From an uncultured Bacteriovoracaceae bacterium (GTDB lineage Bacteria; Desulfobacterota; Desulfomonilia; UBA1062), in contig CAZRIV010000013.1 in NCBI GenBank assembly GCA_964600235.1, forward strand, positions 21,258 through 85,257: a stretch of DNA of 64,000 nucleotides, read 5' to 3'. The notes under the pieces were generated by a model. That model did no database searches. It was not told the origin of the DNA and worked only from the letters and a program-made list of their open reading frames with translations. The position numbers and the translations under genes were made by a program. Shown piece after piece: positions 1 through 9,588 of this stretch (the stretch's first letter is position 1; each line of letters begins with the position of its first letter).

Positions 1-1144
1 CGATGGAACCGGGATAGCCCGCCATGATGCAGGCCTCCAGGTCGCCGATGTCGATGCCCAGCTCCAGCGCGTTCGTGCTCACCACACCCATGACGCTGCG
101 CTCTCTAAGGCCCTTCTCGATGTCGCGCCTGAGGTGCGGCAGGTAGCCTCCCCGGTAGCCGGTGACAAAGTGGTCGTCAGTTGGGATCTTGCCCCGGAAG
201 GTGTCCTTGAGGTACTTGGTGAGCACCTCCACGTTGAGCCTGCTGGTGGTGAAGACGATGGTCTGTATACGATTGCCGATGAGATCGCCCGCCATCTTGC
301 GGGCAGGGGTGAGCGCCGACTGGCGGATGCCCAGCTCGCGGTTGACGATGGGCGGGTTGAACAGGATGAAGGTCTTCTCGGCCTTCGGAGCCCCGCTCTC
401 GTCGATGAGGGCCACCTCCTTCTCCAGCAGGTTCTCGGCGTGCTCCTTCGGGTTTGCCACCGTGGCCGAGCAGCAGATGAACACCGGGTCGGCCCCGTAG
501 AACCGGCACACCCTCTTGAGCCTCCTGAACACGTTGGTGAGGTGGCTGCCGAACACCCCGCGGTAGACGTGCAGCTCGTCCACCACCACGTACTTCAGGT
601 TGGCAAAGAGCTTCTGCCACTTGGTGTGGTGAGGCAGGATGCCCGTGTGGAGCATGTCCGGGTTGCTCACCACCACGTGCCCCTGTTTGCGGATGGCCTG
701 GCGCGCATCGTCGGGCGTGTCGCCGTCATAGGTGAAGGTTCTGATGTCGGCCTCGAGCTCGCCGATGAGGGCGTGAACCTCGTTCATCTGGTCGTTGGCC
801 AGGGCCTTGGTGGGGAAGAGATAGAGTGCGCGCGTCTCGGGCTCCTCCAGGATCTTCTGGAGCACGGGCAGGTTGTAGCACAGCGTCTTGCCGCTGGCCG
901 TGGGCGTCACCAGCACCACGTCCCTGCCCTGCCGCACGAGGTCGATTGCCTTGGCCTGATGGCTGTAGAGCTGCTTCATGCCACGCTTTACGAGCACGTC
1001 CTTGAGCCTCGGGTTCACCCAGGAAGGGTACGGCGCATAGCTGCCCGCAGACGCCGGGATGTGCGTGATGGAGGTGGCGTTCTCCCGGAACCGCCTGTCG
1101 CCCTGGGCGCGGGCCAGCCATTCTGCAAGGGTCAGTGTCGCCAT
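1..1144 (-). CDS. DEAD/DEAH-box helicase, MrfA/YprA (DUF1998)-type; 3' end runs off the window
   Basis: Manual minus-strand translation from ATG at 1144: MATLTLAEWL...LYSHQAKAI...TPTASGKTLCYNLPVL (Walker A), FPTKALANDQ, VVVDELHVYRGVFGSH (DExH), SATVANP, GYRGGY, STNALELGIDIG. Absent from the ORF track because there is no stop in the window. Confidence 0.9.
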   Translation of the reverse strand, partial: MATLTLAEWLARAQGDRRFRENATSITHIPASAGSYAPYPSWVNPRLKDVLVKRGMKQLYSHQAKAIDLVRQGRDVVLVTPTASGKTLCYNLPVLQKILEEPETRALYLFPTKALANDQMNEVHALIGELEADIRTFTYDGDTPDDARQAIRKQGHVVVSNPDMLHTGILPHHTKWQKLFANLKYVVVDELHVYRGVFGSHLTNVFRRLKRVCRFYGADPVFICCSATVANPKEHAENLLEKEVALIDESGAPKAEKTFILFNPPIVNRELGIRQSALTPARKMAGDLIGNRIQTIVFTTSRLNVEVLTKYLKDTFRGKIPTDDHFVTGYRGGYLPHLRRDIEKGLRERSVMGVVSTNALELGIDIGDLEACIMAGYPGSI

Positions 1145-1224
1145 GCGCTACGCCTTGATACTGTATATTGGGCTGAGTTGCATACCTGACTATAGGAATG
1201 GGGGTAAGGTGCTGTCAACTCGGA
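1121..1224. repeat. ~104-bp imperfect direct repeat, copy 1 (helicase 5' end plus promoter)
   Basis: Ungapped alignment to 2557-2660 at offset 1436; 82/104 identical by hand count; identical 27-bp core gttgcatacctgactataggaatgggg (1177-1203). Confidence 0.9.
1189..1218 (-). promoter_or_regulatory. Putative sigma70 promoter of the helicase gene
   Basis: Minus strand TTGACA (1218-1213), N18, TATAGT (1194-1189). Both boxes are preserved in the repeat copy at 2625-2654. Confidence 0.6.
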
Positions 1225-1278
1225 ATTCTTTGGGGACATTCTGGCATGCTGATTCAAAATAGCTACGGTGATAGTCAC

Positions 1279-1549
1279 AACCCCTTCATGGGAGGCGGCA
1301 TGCCGCTCATCGAAATCAAACCGTGTCGGGTGCGAGATGCTCGGTTTTGACATCAGTCCAATGTCCGCACGGATCGTGCATGAAGACATCGACCACCTGA
1401 ACCTGAATGCCTACGATAAGGCCATACGCGCATTGATCGCCCACCCGGACAACGAGATAGGGGTGCTCAATCGTACCGACTTCCCCACCAATGGAGACAA
1501 AGAGGACAATTTAAACATCCCCGTCCCTATGCCGCACGGTTCAGGGTGA
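1279..1549 (+). pseudogene. Frameshifted fragment of an amino-DNA methyltransferase (SAM-binding motif I region)
   Basis: Frame at 1279 reads NPFMGGGMPLIE. A +1 shift near 1315-1318 continues NRVGCEMLGFDISPMSARIVHEDIDHLNL, resembling the DPFMGGGTPLIEANRVGC..LGFDINPM pattern of DUF1156-like methylases (recalled, not searched). Confidence 0.55.
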
Positions 1550-1811
1550 TTCGCATGCCAGCCCTGGTTGCTAGGGCAATGAGCATCTCCAGGCTGAACT
1601 TCTCCCACTTGCCCCGGACAAGGTCCGACACCCGAGACTGGCTGACGCCGAGCATCTGGGCTGCCTGAGCCTGTGTGAGCTTCTTTGCATCAATGAATGT
1701 GCGCAGGTCGGCCATCAGATCGGCGCGCATCTTCAATATCGCCGCTTCTTCTTGGTGAAATCCGAGATCGGTGAAAACATTTCCCGAAGATTTCGTTGAG
1801 GTCTTCTTCAT
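1527..1811 (-). CDS. XRE/HTH_37 antitoxin (HigA-like)
   Basis: SSGNVFTDLG N-terminus; HTH LTQAQAAQMLGVSQSRVSDLVRG; lies directly downstream of a RelE-like gene. Confidence 0.85.
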   Translation of the reverse strand: MKKTSTKSSGNVFTDLGFHQEEAAILKMRADLMADLRTFIDAKKLTQAQAAQMLGVSQSRVSDLVRGKWEKFSLEMLIALATRAGMRITLNRAA

Positions 1812-1814
1812 ACA

Positions 1815-2129
1815 CTATACTCCTATCTGTTTATATCTCGTGCGGGCCAGCTCAGTATCCTTCAGGTTTGTCTTTCTACCTTTCTTGTGAAACGAGTGCA
1901 GTACATAAACTGTATCTGCACGATTCGCCACATAGATAATCCGCCATTCTCCAAGTACATGTATGCGAATTTCCTTCACCCCTTTGCCGATTACCTGCAT
2001 GGGTTTCCAGTCACTGGGCTCGAGTCCACATTGCACGGCATACAGCTCAAAACCGGCAGCCTTGCGCACTTCCATGGGAAAATCACGGAGGTCATCAAGA
2101 CTCGATCCCATGAATTCCAGAGGCTTCAT
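1815..2129 (-). CDS. RelE/HigB (Gp49-like) toxin
   Basis: MKPLEFMGSSLDDLRDFP...DWKPM..IGKGVKEIRI...WRIIY...YVLHSFHKK; toxin-first arrangement. Confidence 0.85.
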   Translation of the reverse strand: MKPLEFMGSSLDDLRDFPMEVRKAAGFELYAVQCGLEPSDWKPMQVIGKGVKEIRIHVLGEWRIIYVANRADTVYVLHSFHKKGRKTNLKDTELARTRYKQIGV

Positions 2130-2172
2130 GACAGCATTATATAAGTTTTTATATATCTCGCAACATTATTTT

Positions 2173-2532
2173 TCAGTCTTGAATCGATGAGGGGAAGGGA
2201 ACAGAGCTGTTCCGCGGCACAATAACCTTGATGCTGTTGATCAGATCGGAGAGATTCACGCCCTTGTCGCTCCGGTCGACCACAAAGTATGCCTGGGGAT
2301 TGTTGCCATGGGACAGCGTATATGCGGTGCATACCCTTCCCGGCCCATATTTTTTATACGTATCCCCGATGGATTCCGCTGAGCGTTTCTGTGAATCGAG
2401 ACACAGGGCATCCACCAGGATTCCATCGGCCAGCCACGACCTTTCATATGCCCTGATCAGGGAAACATGGCCGCAGATCACTCCATTTCTCCCATATTTC
2501 AGGTTCGCAAAAATATCAGGACACTGATGGTA
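2173..2532 (-). pseudogene. Internally deleted fragment of a paralogue of the PilZ protein at 14488-16593
   Basis: YHQCPDIFANLKYGRNGVICGHVSLIRAYERSWL|ADGILVDALCLD...INSIKVIVPRNSSVP aligns to the intact gene with an in-frame 333-bp deletion (equivalent to 14967-15299). Confidence 0.85.
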
Positions 2533-2556
2533 CGGTTATTCATGGGTTTACTTGTT

Positions 2557-2660
2557 TTCTGCAAGGGTCCATGTCGCCAGGTGCCAAGCCTTATGAATAT
2601 TTTTTGGGCTGCGTTGCATACCTGACTATAGGAATGGGGATGATACCGTGTCAACTCCGA
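2557..2660. repeat. ~104-bp imperfect direct repeat, copy 2
   Basis: See copy 1. The position equivalent to the helicase ATG reads CTG here. Confidence 0.9.
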
Positions 2661-2854
2661 TTTGTGGAACTTCATTTCTTACAAAGGTCAAAACATTTCT
2701 CCTTGAACAACCAATTTCCTACAGCCAAATTGCATAACCTTCTGACTTTATGAGAAACACGACCTTGCTCGTTTTTTGCATGCAATAATTGTTTTATAGC
2801 TTAATTGGTATGTTTTTATCCTCCTATTGCTGAACGCCTTTTGAGGAGGTTTTT

Positions 2855-5800
2855 GTGATGAATAGCACTTGTCTTGGTTCTCGTGGTTTGTCTTCGTTCA
2901 CGATAAATCGGGTGTCTCACTTCTGGAGAATATTCTTATGGGTCATTCTACTGAGTATCCCATCTGTTTCGCTGATCAACGAAGGCAGGGCCTGTCCCAC
3001 AGACCTCCAGGGGGATATCGTTTCAAACAAGGACATGCCAATGGGCGGCGAGATCGAACTGGACAGCACATTATTCAATGTGCCGGGCAATCCGCTCACC
3101 TACGAATGGTTCGGCCCTTTTCACAGGGCGACCGGCCAGAGCATGGCCGGGTTCATTCCCGAGGGCCTGTATTCCATATCCCTGATCACGTATGACGGCA
3201 TAAGCCGTTCGCTCCCATACACCCTCTACTATTCCATCGAACCTGATTTCATGGAATCTTTGTATCCCAAGGTGAACAAGGTATGTTTAAGCTGGCCCGC
3301 AATCCAGGGGGCCGACTATTATTCGGTGTACCGTTCAGAGGAGAGCAGCCCTTCCGTGTTCACAAAGATTTCCGATGTGTCGGGTTCTTTAGCCGTGTAC
3401 ATCGACTACCCCGGCAAGGAGGCCTCGTTCTGCTATGTGGTGGGCGCCTATGCCGCAGGACAGTGGCGTTATTCCAACGTAATGAGCGCCCATACAACCT
3501 TCACCAGGCCGCTGCCCGGGGTGAACTATAAACCCCTGATCTATTCCGTACCCATAGAGAAGGGCACCGCGGGCATCGAATATACCTATGACGTGAATGC
3601 AGCCGATCCCGACAAGGATGCGCTCACCTATTCCCTTGTGAACCCCGTGTCCGGCATGACGATCGATGCCCAAAAAGGGCTCATCTGCTGGGTCCCCCCA
3701 TCTCTGGGAGATTACGAGGTAACCGTCAAGGTCAGCGATGTTAAAGGAAACATCGTTTATCAGACCTTCATCATCGAGGTGGCCGAGCTGCCGCCGCTCA
3801 ACAGGAACCCGGCGGCCCATGCGGGGGGGCCTTACACCTCGGAGCTGGGCCAGGGGATATTCTTCGATGGTTCAGCCTCTTACGACCCTGACGGCGACCC
3901 GCTCACGTATGCATGGAGCTTTGGTGACGGCCTCACAGGGACCGGCGCTTCCCCCGGCCATACATACACCGCACCGGGGACGTATCCGGTCACTCTCACC
4001 GTCTCGGACTCTAAGGGTGGAACGGCATCCGACACCACAACCGCCACGGTGACCCAATGCCTGAGTCCCGCTGTTCAGCTCTCGGCAAACCCATCAGCCG
4101 TGCTGCCCGGTGATCCGTGCGCCCTGGTGTGGACATCCCAGAACGCGGCATATCTCAGTATAGACCAGGGCATCGGTACCGTCGGGGCATCCGGCACCAT
4201 CATGGTGCACCCCCAGAGCACCACGACGTATACCATCACGGCTGCCAGCCCGTGCGGATCAGCCAGTCAATCCGTCACGGTCGTGGTGAACCGGCCTCCT
4301 GCCGTGAGCATAACCGCCGTTCCCGGATCCATACTGGAGGGACAGTCGTCGCAGTTGTCCTGGACCTCCACCAATGCCGCCACCGTCACTATCGACCAGG
4401 GGATCGGCCCTGTCACTCCAAACGGCTCGCTGACCGTTACACCCGCGATCACCACAACATACACCATTACGGCCACCGGGCCGGGGGGGACGGCATCGGC
4501 ATCGGCCACGGTGAGCGTGCTTCAGGCGCCCCGGGTGAGCATGTCGGCCCAGCCGCAGAGCATTATCGAGGGTGACAGCGCAACCCTTACATGGTCGTCG
4601 GCGGATGCCGACTCGGCTTTTCTGGACAACGCCATAGGGCCGGTTCCGGTTAACGGGTCCATGACGGTCACACCTTCCCATACGACCACCTACGCCATAA
4701 CGGCCCAGGGGCCCGGCGGCACAGCCGCGACAAGCGCGACCGTCACCGTGATCCACAGGCCGACCGTGGACATCACGGCCGCACCGAACCCCGTCAATCT
4801 AGGAGGGACGACAACCCTGACCTGGAGCTCGACCAATGCCGATTCGGCCTCCATTGACCAGGGTATTGGTGATGTCGCGGCAGGCGGCTCGCTGGAGGTC
4901 GATCCCATCGAGGACACCACCTTCACCATCACAGCCACGGGGCAAGGCGGGACCGCAACGGCAAGCGTGACCGTGGAGGTGATTGCACCGCCGCTACAGA
5001 GAAATCCGTACGCCTACATCACCAACAGGGAAGGAACCGACGTGACGGTAGTGGACCTGCAGACGAATACCGTCGCAACTCAGATCGAGGTGGGGTACGG
5101 CCCCTATGGTGTCGCGGTGAGCCCCGACGGTGACACGGTCTATGTCACGAACGAAGAGAACGGGATAGCGGTCATCGATGCGACGACAAACACGCTGACC
5201 CGAAACATCCCCGTCTATGCAGCAACGATCGCAGTGAGCCCCGACGGCAAAACCCTCTATGGGGTGTCAAGTTATGAAGGCACGCTCATGAGTATCGATA
5301 CCGCCTCCGGGGCCGTGATTGGATCCGTTGAAGTGGGCCTGGACTCTTACGGCATCGCCATAAACAACGAGGGTACGCACATTTATGTGAGCTCGATCGA
5401 GAACGGCACTGTTCGGGTCATCGATGCTTCGAGCATGGCGCTGACCGCAACGGTGGCAGTCACCGAGCCTGGCGATCCGGTGTGGGACGTGGAGGTGAGC
5501 CCCTGCGGCTCAAAGGTATATGCCGTTTCATCCGGTTCATGCACTCTCACGGTGATCGACGGAACAACCAATACCGTCATTGACAGCCATTCCTATCTGC
5601 CTGAGATATCTGTTTCCCCGTGCCATATCGCGGTGAGCCCCGACGGGCAGAGGATAGGGTTGAGCGATGTCGCCGAGATGCCTCAGACGATCTATCTCAT
5701 AGACAGCCAGTCATTGGGCGTTTTAAGCCAGTTCCCCGCCGCTTCACCATCTGATCTCACCTTCAGGGCCGACGGGTCTTTCGTGTACTGTCCGGACCCC

Positions 5801-8173
5801 TCCATAAACGGGGTCTATATCGTGAATAATTGGAACCGGCAGATCGAAGGCACCATTGAAGGAGACTTCAACTACCCCAGCACCTATGGGCATTTCATAG
5901 CAGAGCACAAGGAGAGGATAACGGGCAGGGTCGTATCCGACGGGGCGGGCGTTGAAGGGGTCATTGTCTCTCTTTCGAATGAGACCATGCATATCTGCTT
6001 CACCTCCGACTCCCAGGGAAGGTACTTCTTCTATGCCCCGCCCGGCCGATACACCCTTTCATTTTCCAGCGACGGCTATATCCTGTCAAATCAAAGCCTG
6101 ACCCTCAATGTTACTGACGATGAGGTCTCCATACCTGATATCGAGGTGCTGCTGGGAGCAAGGATATGGGCCGAACCGTATGCGATCATCAATGGTGGGT
6201 CATGCATGCTGGGCTGGAGTTCAATCAAGGCTGAGAGTGTAACCATCGACCATGGTATCGGGGATGTGGGGGCAAGCGGGTCTCTGAACGTCTCTCCGAC
6301 CGAAACCACGACATACACCATTACGGCGTCCAACAGCCAGGGCAGGCCTGTCACCGACCAGACGACCATAATGGTCCACCAGCAGCCCACAGTGAGTGTC
6401 AGCGCACATCCGCAGGCTATCATCCAGGGAGATCAATTCACCTTGTCATGGACAAGCACCAATGCGGATATCGTAACGATTGAACCCCTTGGCATGGTCG
6501 CAGAAGCATCCGGCTCCTTGATGGACTCTCCCTGGCAGACCACCACCTATACTGTTACTGCGACAGGTCCTGGCGGAAGTGCCACTGCATCAGTCACGGT
6601 AACGGTGTACGAACGGCCCACTGTGACCATTTCCGTATCTCCTGCCGGTATTGACTCAGGAGATTCGGCGGTCTTACACTGGAGTTCTACCAATGCCACG
6701 GCTGTAAGCATAAACAATGGCATAGGAATAGTTGCCCCAAACGGTTCAGTCTCGGTTTCGCCCACTGAGACAACCACATATACAATTACCGCCCAAGGCG
6801 CCGGGGGTACGGCAGACGCTACTGCCACACTGACCGTATATAAATGCACCGTAACCGGCCAGATCCACGACTCCTCAGACTCACAGCCTTTACAGGATGT
6901 CAGGGTAAGCGTAAGCAATTCAGCACACTCCCTTTCAACCATGACGGATCAAAACGGCTCTTTTACCCTGAGCGGGGCTATCTGCGGCCATATATCAGTG
7001 GAGCTTGAGAAAGAAGGTTACATTACTGAAACGGTTAATCCGCCCCAGAACATTTATCCCGGGATAGATTTCATCATGAATCAACACCTGACCCCGATAT
7101 CACCAACCGTCCACATCACCGCCTCTCCCGAGACTGTTGCCGACAACCAGACATCTCTCTTGACCTGGGTATCCACATACGCGGATACCGCAGCCATAAA
7201 TCAGGGTATAGGGCCTGTAAAGGTGAATGGATCTTGTCAGGTGAGCCCCTCGGAAACCACCACCTACACGATTACCGTTACAGGTCACGGGAAAACGGCA
7301 ACATCATCCGTCACCATCAGTAAGATACCCAGCGCCATAAGCATCCACATAGAATCACCGGTAAACGGCAGCCAAATAGATCGACCCGACATCCTCGTGG
7401 AAGGTACTGTCTTGAATTTATACGGAAATGAAACAAGGGTGACTGTGAACGGTATCCCCGCTTTTGTTCAGGGAAACAATTTTTTAGTCAACCATGTTCC
7501 ACTTCAGAATGGACCCAATACCCTAGCCGTAAACGCAACAGACGAGCAGGGGAATACGACGAATACATCCATAACAATCCATGCCCAGACCGATGGTTCA
7601 TTCATCACCCTCAGACCGGATGATGCATATGGGGTCTCACCTCTCGAAACCACACTAAGTATCAGTGCACCCTTCACAACGATGAGCCCGAATCTGTTTG
7701 TAAGCGGACCAGGACCGGTCGAGTTTCTTGATGGTTCCACAACATATCAATATAATTTGAGAATGACAGTGCCGGGGGTTTACTCTTTCACTGCAGAGGT
7801 GGTTGAGGGTGATGTGACATATTCGGATACCATAAGTATTGTCGTGTCCGACCAGACAGAGGTGGATTCCTTGATCAGGTCAAAATGGGATGGGATGAAA
7901 TCCAGATTGCTGTCCAGCGACATCGAAGGAGCACTGGAGTATTTTGCACTCCCTTCACAGGAAGAGTACCGGAATATCTTTACCCGTTTGAGCAGTGAGC
8001 TTCCCTCTATAGCCATTGGCATGGAGGATATCGAACAGGTTTGCGTGAGAGGATATCTGGCGAAATACCGTATAAAGCAAGACGAGGTAATCAATGGGGT
8101 CAATTACCGTATTACCCATTATATCTACTTTGTCCAGGATGCGTATGGGCATTGGTATATTGACGGTTTCTGA
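2855..8173 (+). CDS. 1772-aa secreted/surface protein: FN3-like, He_PIG-like Ig, PKD, 8 x ~78-aa Ig-like repeats, YVTN beta-propeller, 2 carboxypeptidase-regulatory-like domains, C-terminal alpha/beta domain
   Basis: Hydrophobic signal-like segment; PKD YAWSFGDG/HTYTAPGTY; repeats ..L.WTS.NA....IDQGIG.V...GS..V.P..TTTYTITA; YAYITN/VAVSPDGDTVYVTN; ends HYIYFVQDAYGHWYIDGF. Confidence 0.85.
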   Translation: MMNSTCLGSRGLSSFTINRVSHFWRIFLWVILLSIPSVSLINEGRACPTDLQGDIVSNKDMPMGGEIELDSTLFNVPGNPLTYEWFGPFHRATGQSMAGFIPEGLYSISLITYDGISRSLPYTLYYSIEPDFMESLYPKVNKVCLSWPAIQGADYYSVYRSEESSPSVFTKISDVSGSLAVYIDYPGKEASFCYVVGAYAAGQWRYSNVMSAHTTFTRPLPGVNYKPLIYSVPIEKGTAGIEYTYDVNAADPDKDALTYSLVNPVSGMTIDAQKGLICWVPPSLGDYEVTVKVSDVKGNIVYQTFIIEVAELPPLNRNPAAHAGGPYTSELGQGIFFDGSASYDPDGDPLTYAWSFGDGLTGTGASPGHTYTAPGTYPVTLTVSDSKGGTASDTTTATVTQCLSPAVQLSANPSAVLPGDPCALVWTSQNAAYLSIDQGIGTVGASGTIMVHPQSTTTYTITAASPCGSASQSVTVVVNRPPAVSITAVPGSILEGQSSQLSWTSTNAATVTIDQGIGPVTPNGSLTVTPAITTTYTITATGPGGTASASATVSVLQAPRVSMSAQPQSIIEGDSATLTWSSADADSAFLDNAIGPVPVNGSMTVTPSHTTTYAITAQGPGGTAATSATVTVIHRPTVDITAAPNPVNLGGTTTLTWSSTNADSASIDQGIGDVAAGGSLEVDPIEDTTFTITATGQGGTATASVTVEVIAPPLQRNPYAYITNREGTDVTVVDLQTNTVATQIEVGYGPYGVAVSPDGDTVYVTNEENGIAVIDATTNTLTRNIPVYAATIAVSPDGKTLYGVSSYEGTLMSIDTASGAVIGSVEVGLDSYGIAINNEGTHIYVSSIENGTVRVIDASSMALTATVAVTEPGDPVWDVEVSPCGSKVYAVSSGSCTLTVIDGTTNTVIDSHSYLPEISVSPCHIAVSPDGQRIGLSDVAEMPQTIYLIDSQSLGVLSQFPAASPSDLTFRADGSFVYCPDPSINGVYIVNNWNRQIEGTIEGDFNYPSTYGHFIAEHKERITGRVVSDGAGVEGVIVSLSNETMHICFTSDSQGRYFFYAPPGRYTLSFSSDGYILSNQSLTLNVTDDEVSIPDIEVLLGARIWAEPYAIINGGSCMLGWSSIKAESVTIDHGIGDVGASGSLNVSPTETTTYTITASNSQGRPVTDQTTIMVHQQPTVSVSAHPQAIIQGDQFTLSWTSTNADIVTIEPLGMVAEASGSLMDSPWQTTTYTVTATGPGGSATASVTVTVYERPTVTISVSPAGIDSGDSAVLHWSSTNATAVSINNGIGIVAPNGSVSVSPTETTTYTITAQGAGGTADATATLTVYKCTVTGQIHDSSDSQPLQDVRVSVSNSAHSLSTMTDQNGSFTLSGAICGHISVELEKEGYITETVNPPQNIYPGIDFIMNQHLTPISPTVHITASPETVADNQTSLLTWVSTYADTAAINQGIGPVKVNGSCQVSPSETTTYTITVTGHGKTATSSVTISKIPSAISIHIESPVNGSQIDRPDILVEGTVLNLYGNETRVTVNGIPAFVQGNNFLVNHVPLQNGPNTLAVNATDEQGNTTNTSITIHAQTDGSFITLRPDDAYGVSPLETTLSISAPFTTMSPNLFVSGPGPVEFLDGSTTYQYNLRMTVPGVYSFTAEVVEGDVTYSDTISIVVSDQTEVDSLIRSKWDGMKSRLLSSDIEGALEYFALPSQEEYRNIFTRLSSELPSIAIGMEDIEQVCVRGYLAKYRIKQDEVINGVNYRITHYIYFVQDAYGHWYIDGF

Positions 8174-8214
8174 TCGTAAGTCATGGTTTCTTTGGAGATA
8201 CAGGAGTCGACTAC

Positions 8215-8838
8215 GTGAAAAGAACAGGTACCCAATCCAAGGGAAATAAACTCATCATGGTTTATATTGTTCTCGTATACCTCCTTCTCATTTACCCTGG
8301 CAGCTGCCTTGCCATGGGCGGCAACCCCGTGCCTACGGTCACGGTCATCGACGAGGAAACGGGAGAACCCATCGAGGGCGCTGTGGCCATTGCCATATGG
8401 CGGAAGCACAGCTTTAAAAGTGCATGGTTCGAAGGCGGGACTATGGTCGTGGTGAAAATCGAGGAAGCTCTTTCAGACACCAAAGGGAACATCTATATCG
8501 AAGACTTCTGGGACTGGCACTTCATCGAGGACAGATATCCCCGCCTGACCATTTACAAGCAGGGTTATGTCTGCTGGGACCAGAGAAATATTTACATTGA
8601 TGAACGACATGGGCCACGGCGGACCGACTTCGACGAGCAAAACCGCATCGCTAAAATGAGAAAATGGCCTGAAGGGTTCTCCTTCGTGGGACATAATACA
8701 TTTATTAGTTCTGTTACACACAATGATTACACTGATGCTCCCAAACAATTATTTAACAGGGCTTTTCGCTATGAGGCTCCTTTTTTTGTAAGAGAGCTTA
8801 GAGAAAGAAGTAGTAGAAAAAGGGGGGAAGTGCAATGA
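8215..8838 (+). CDS. Small secreted protein A1 (carboxypeptidase-regulatory/transthyretin-like fold suspected)
   Basis: Signal peptide ending CLA; VIDEETGEPIEGAVAIAIW...SDTKGNIYI; stop overlaps the next start (ATGA). Confidence 0.7.
   Translation: MKRTGTQSKGNKLIMVYIVLVYLLLIYPGSCLAMGGNPVPTVTVIDEETGEPIEGAVAIAIWRKHSFKSAWFEGGTMVVVKIEEALSDTKGNIYIEDFWDWHFIEDRYPRLTIYKQGYVCWDQRNIYIDERHGPRRTDFDEQNRIAKMRKWPEGFSFVGHNTFISSVTHNDYTDAPKQLFNRAFRYEAPFFVRELRERSSRKRGEVQ
8309..8694 (+). repeat. Near-identical block 1 of the tandem cassette (second copy 9683-10068)
   Basis: Offset 1374; only scattered substitutions by eye. Confidence 0.9.
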
Positions 8839-9536
8839 AACGTTTGAACGTTCTTGTTGTATTATTATGTCTAATTCTTGTTAACTATGGGTTAGCGTAT
8901 GATGACCGAACTACGCATCCACAGATTACAGAGGCTGTTATAGTCAAATCTGCACTAAATGATTATTTAATAGATTTTCTTGGTCTTCCGGGTGGTATTA
9001 AAACACCATATAATGGAACTACAATACTTACACTGCTTCAAGCCGGCAGCACGAACGAGGACCTGGACTCACGCGCGCTCAATCACTTCTGGAACCCGCT
9101 CTCTCTCACCTTCAGCCGACCCAGAAACGGGGGGCTTGATGATATCCTTATCGGTTACTCCAACAAGGACTGGGCAATGGGAGGCTTCTATGACTGCTCA
9201 ACATCAGGCGGATATGAGAGCGACTGCAGTTGCAATGACTACTCATGGAAGGTTGCCAGAAAAGAATTCTATGATGCCCTGACCTCCACCACCGAAACCA
9301 GCCGTAATGAGCACTTCAAAAAAATGTATGAAAGCCTGGGACGCATACTCCACCTCATCGAAGACATGGGCGTGCCTGCTCATACGCGTAATGACTTTGT
9401 GTACCTGTATTACAAATCCTCTTTCTCATCCCCTCAGAACCGGGGGGCAATAGTTCTTACTCCATTTTGGATTCTCGCTTCAGCAGAAATGATACAGGGA
9501 ACACATCAACTCCATCATCCAGTTTTGTGTGTATGA
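8835..9536 (+). pseudogene. Truncated protein B1 (N-terminal part of a Zn-PLC/P1-nuclease-like protein)
   Basis: Matches B2 up to HLIEDMGVPAHTRNDFV (to 9401), then diverges and stops at 233 aa versus 722 aa. Confidence 0.75.
9043..9401 (+). repeat. Near-identical block 2 of the tandem cassette (second copy 10435-10793)
   Basis: 359 bp at offset 1392; one synonymous mismatch seen (cctgct/ccagct). Confidence 0.9.
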
Positions 9537-9588
9537 AGAACAAGGATTTTTTGGAATCAGTTTATTTAATCAGTCTTAGGAGGCCAAT

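Noticed and set aside
134-1189. 351-aa plus-strand ORF
   Set aside because: Antisense shadow of the GC-rich helicase gene; no recognisable motifs.
4090-7320. Periodic accaccacctac/gaccagggcatcgg-type repeats as a CRISPR or DNA repeat array
   Set aside because: They are degenerate codon-level echoes of the ~78-aa protein repeats in the giant ORF; no constant repeat-spacer structure.
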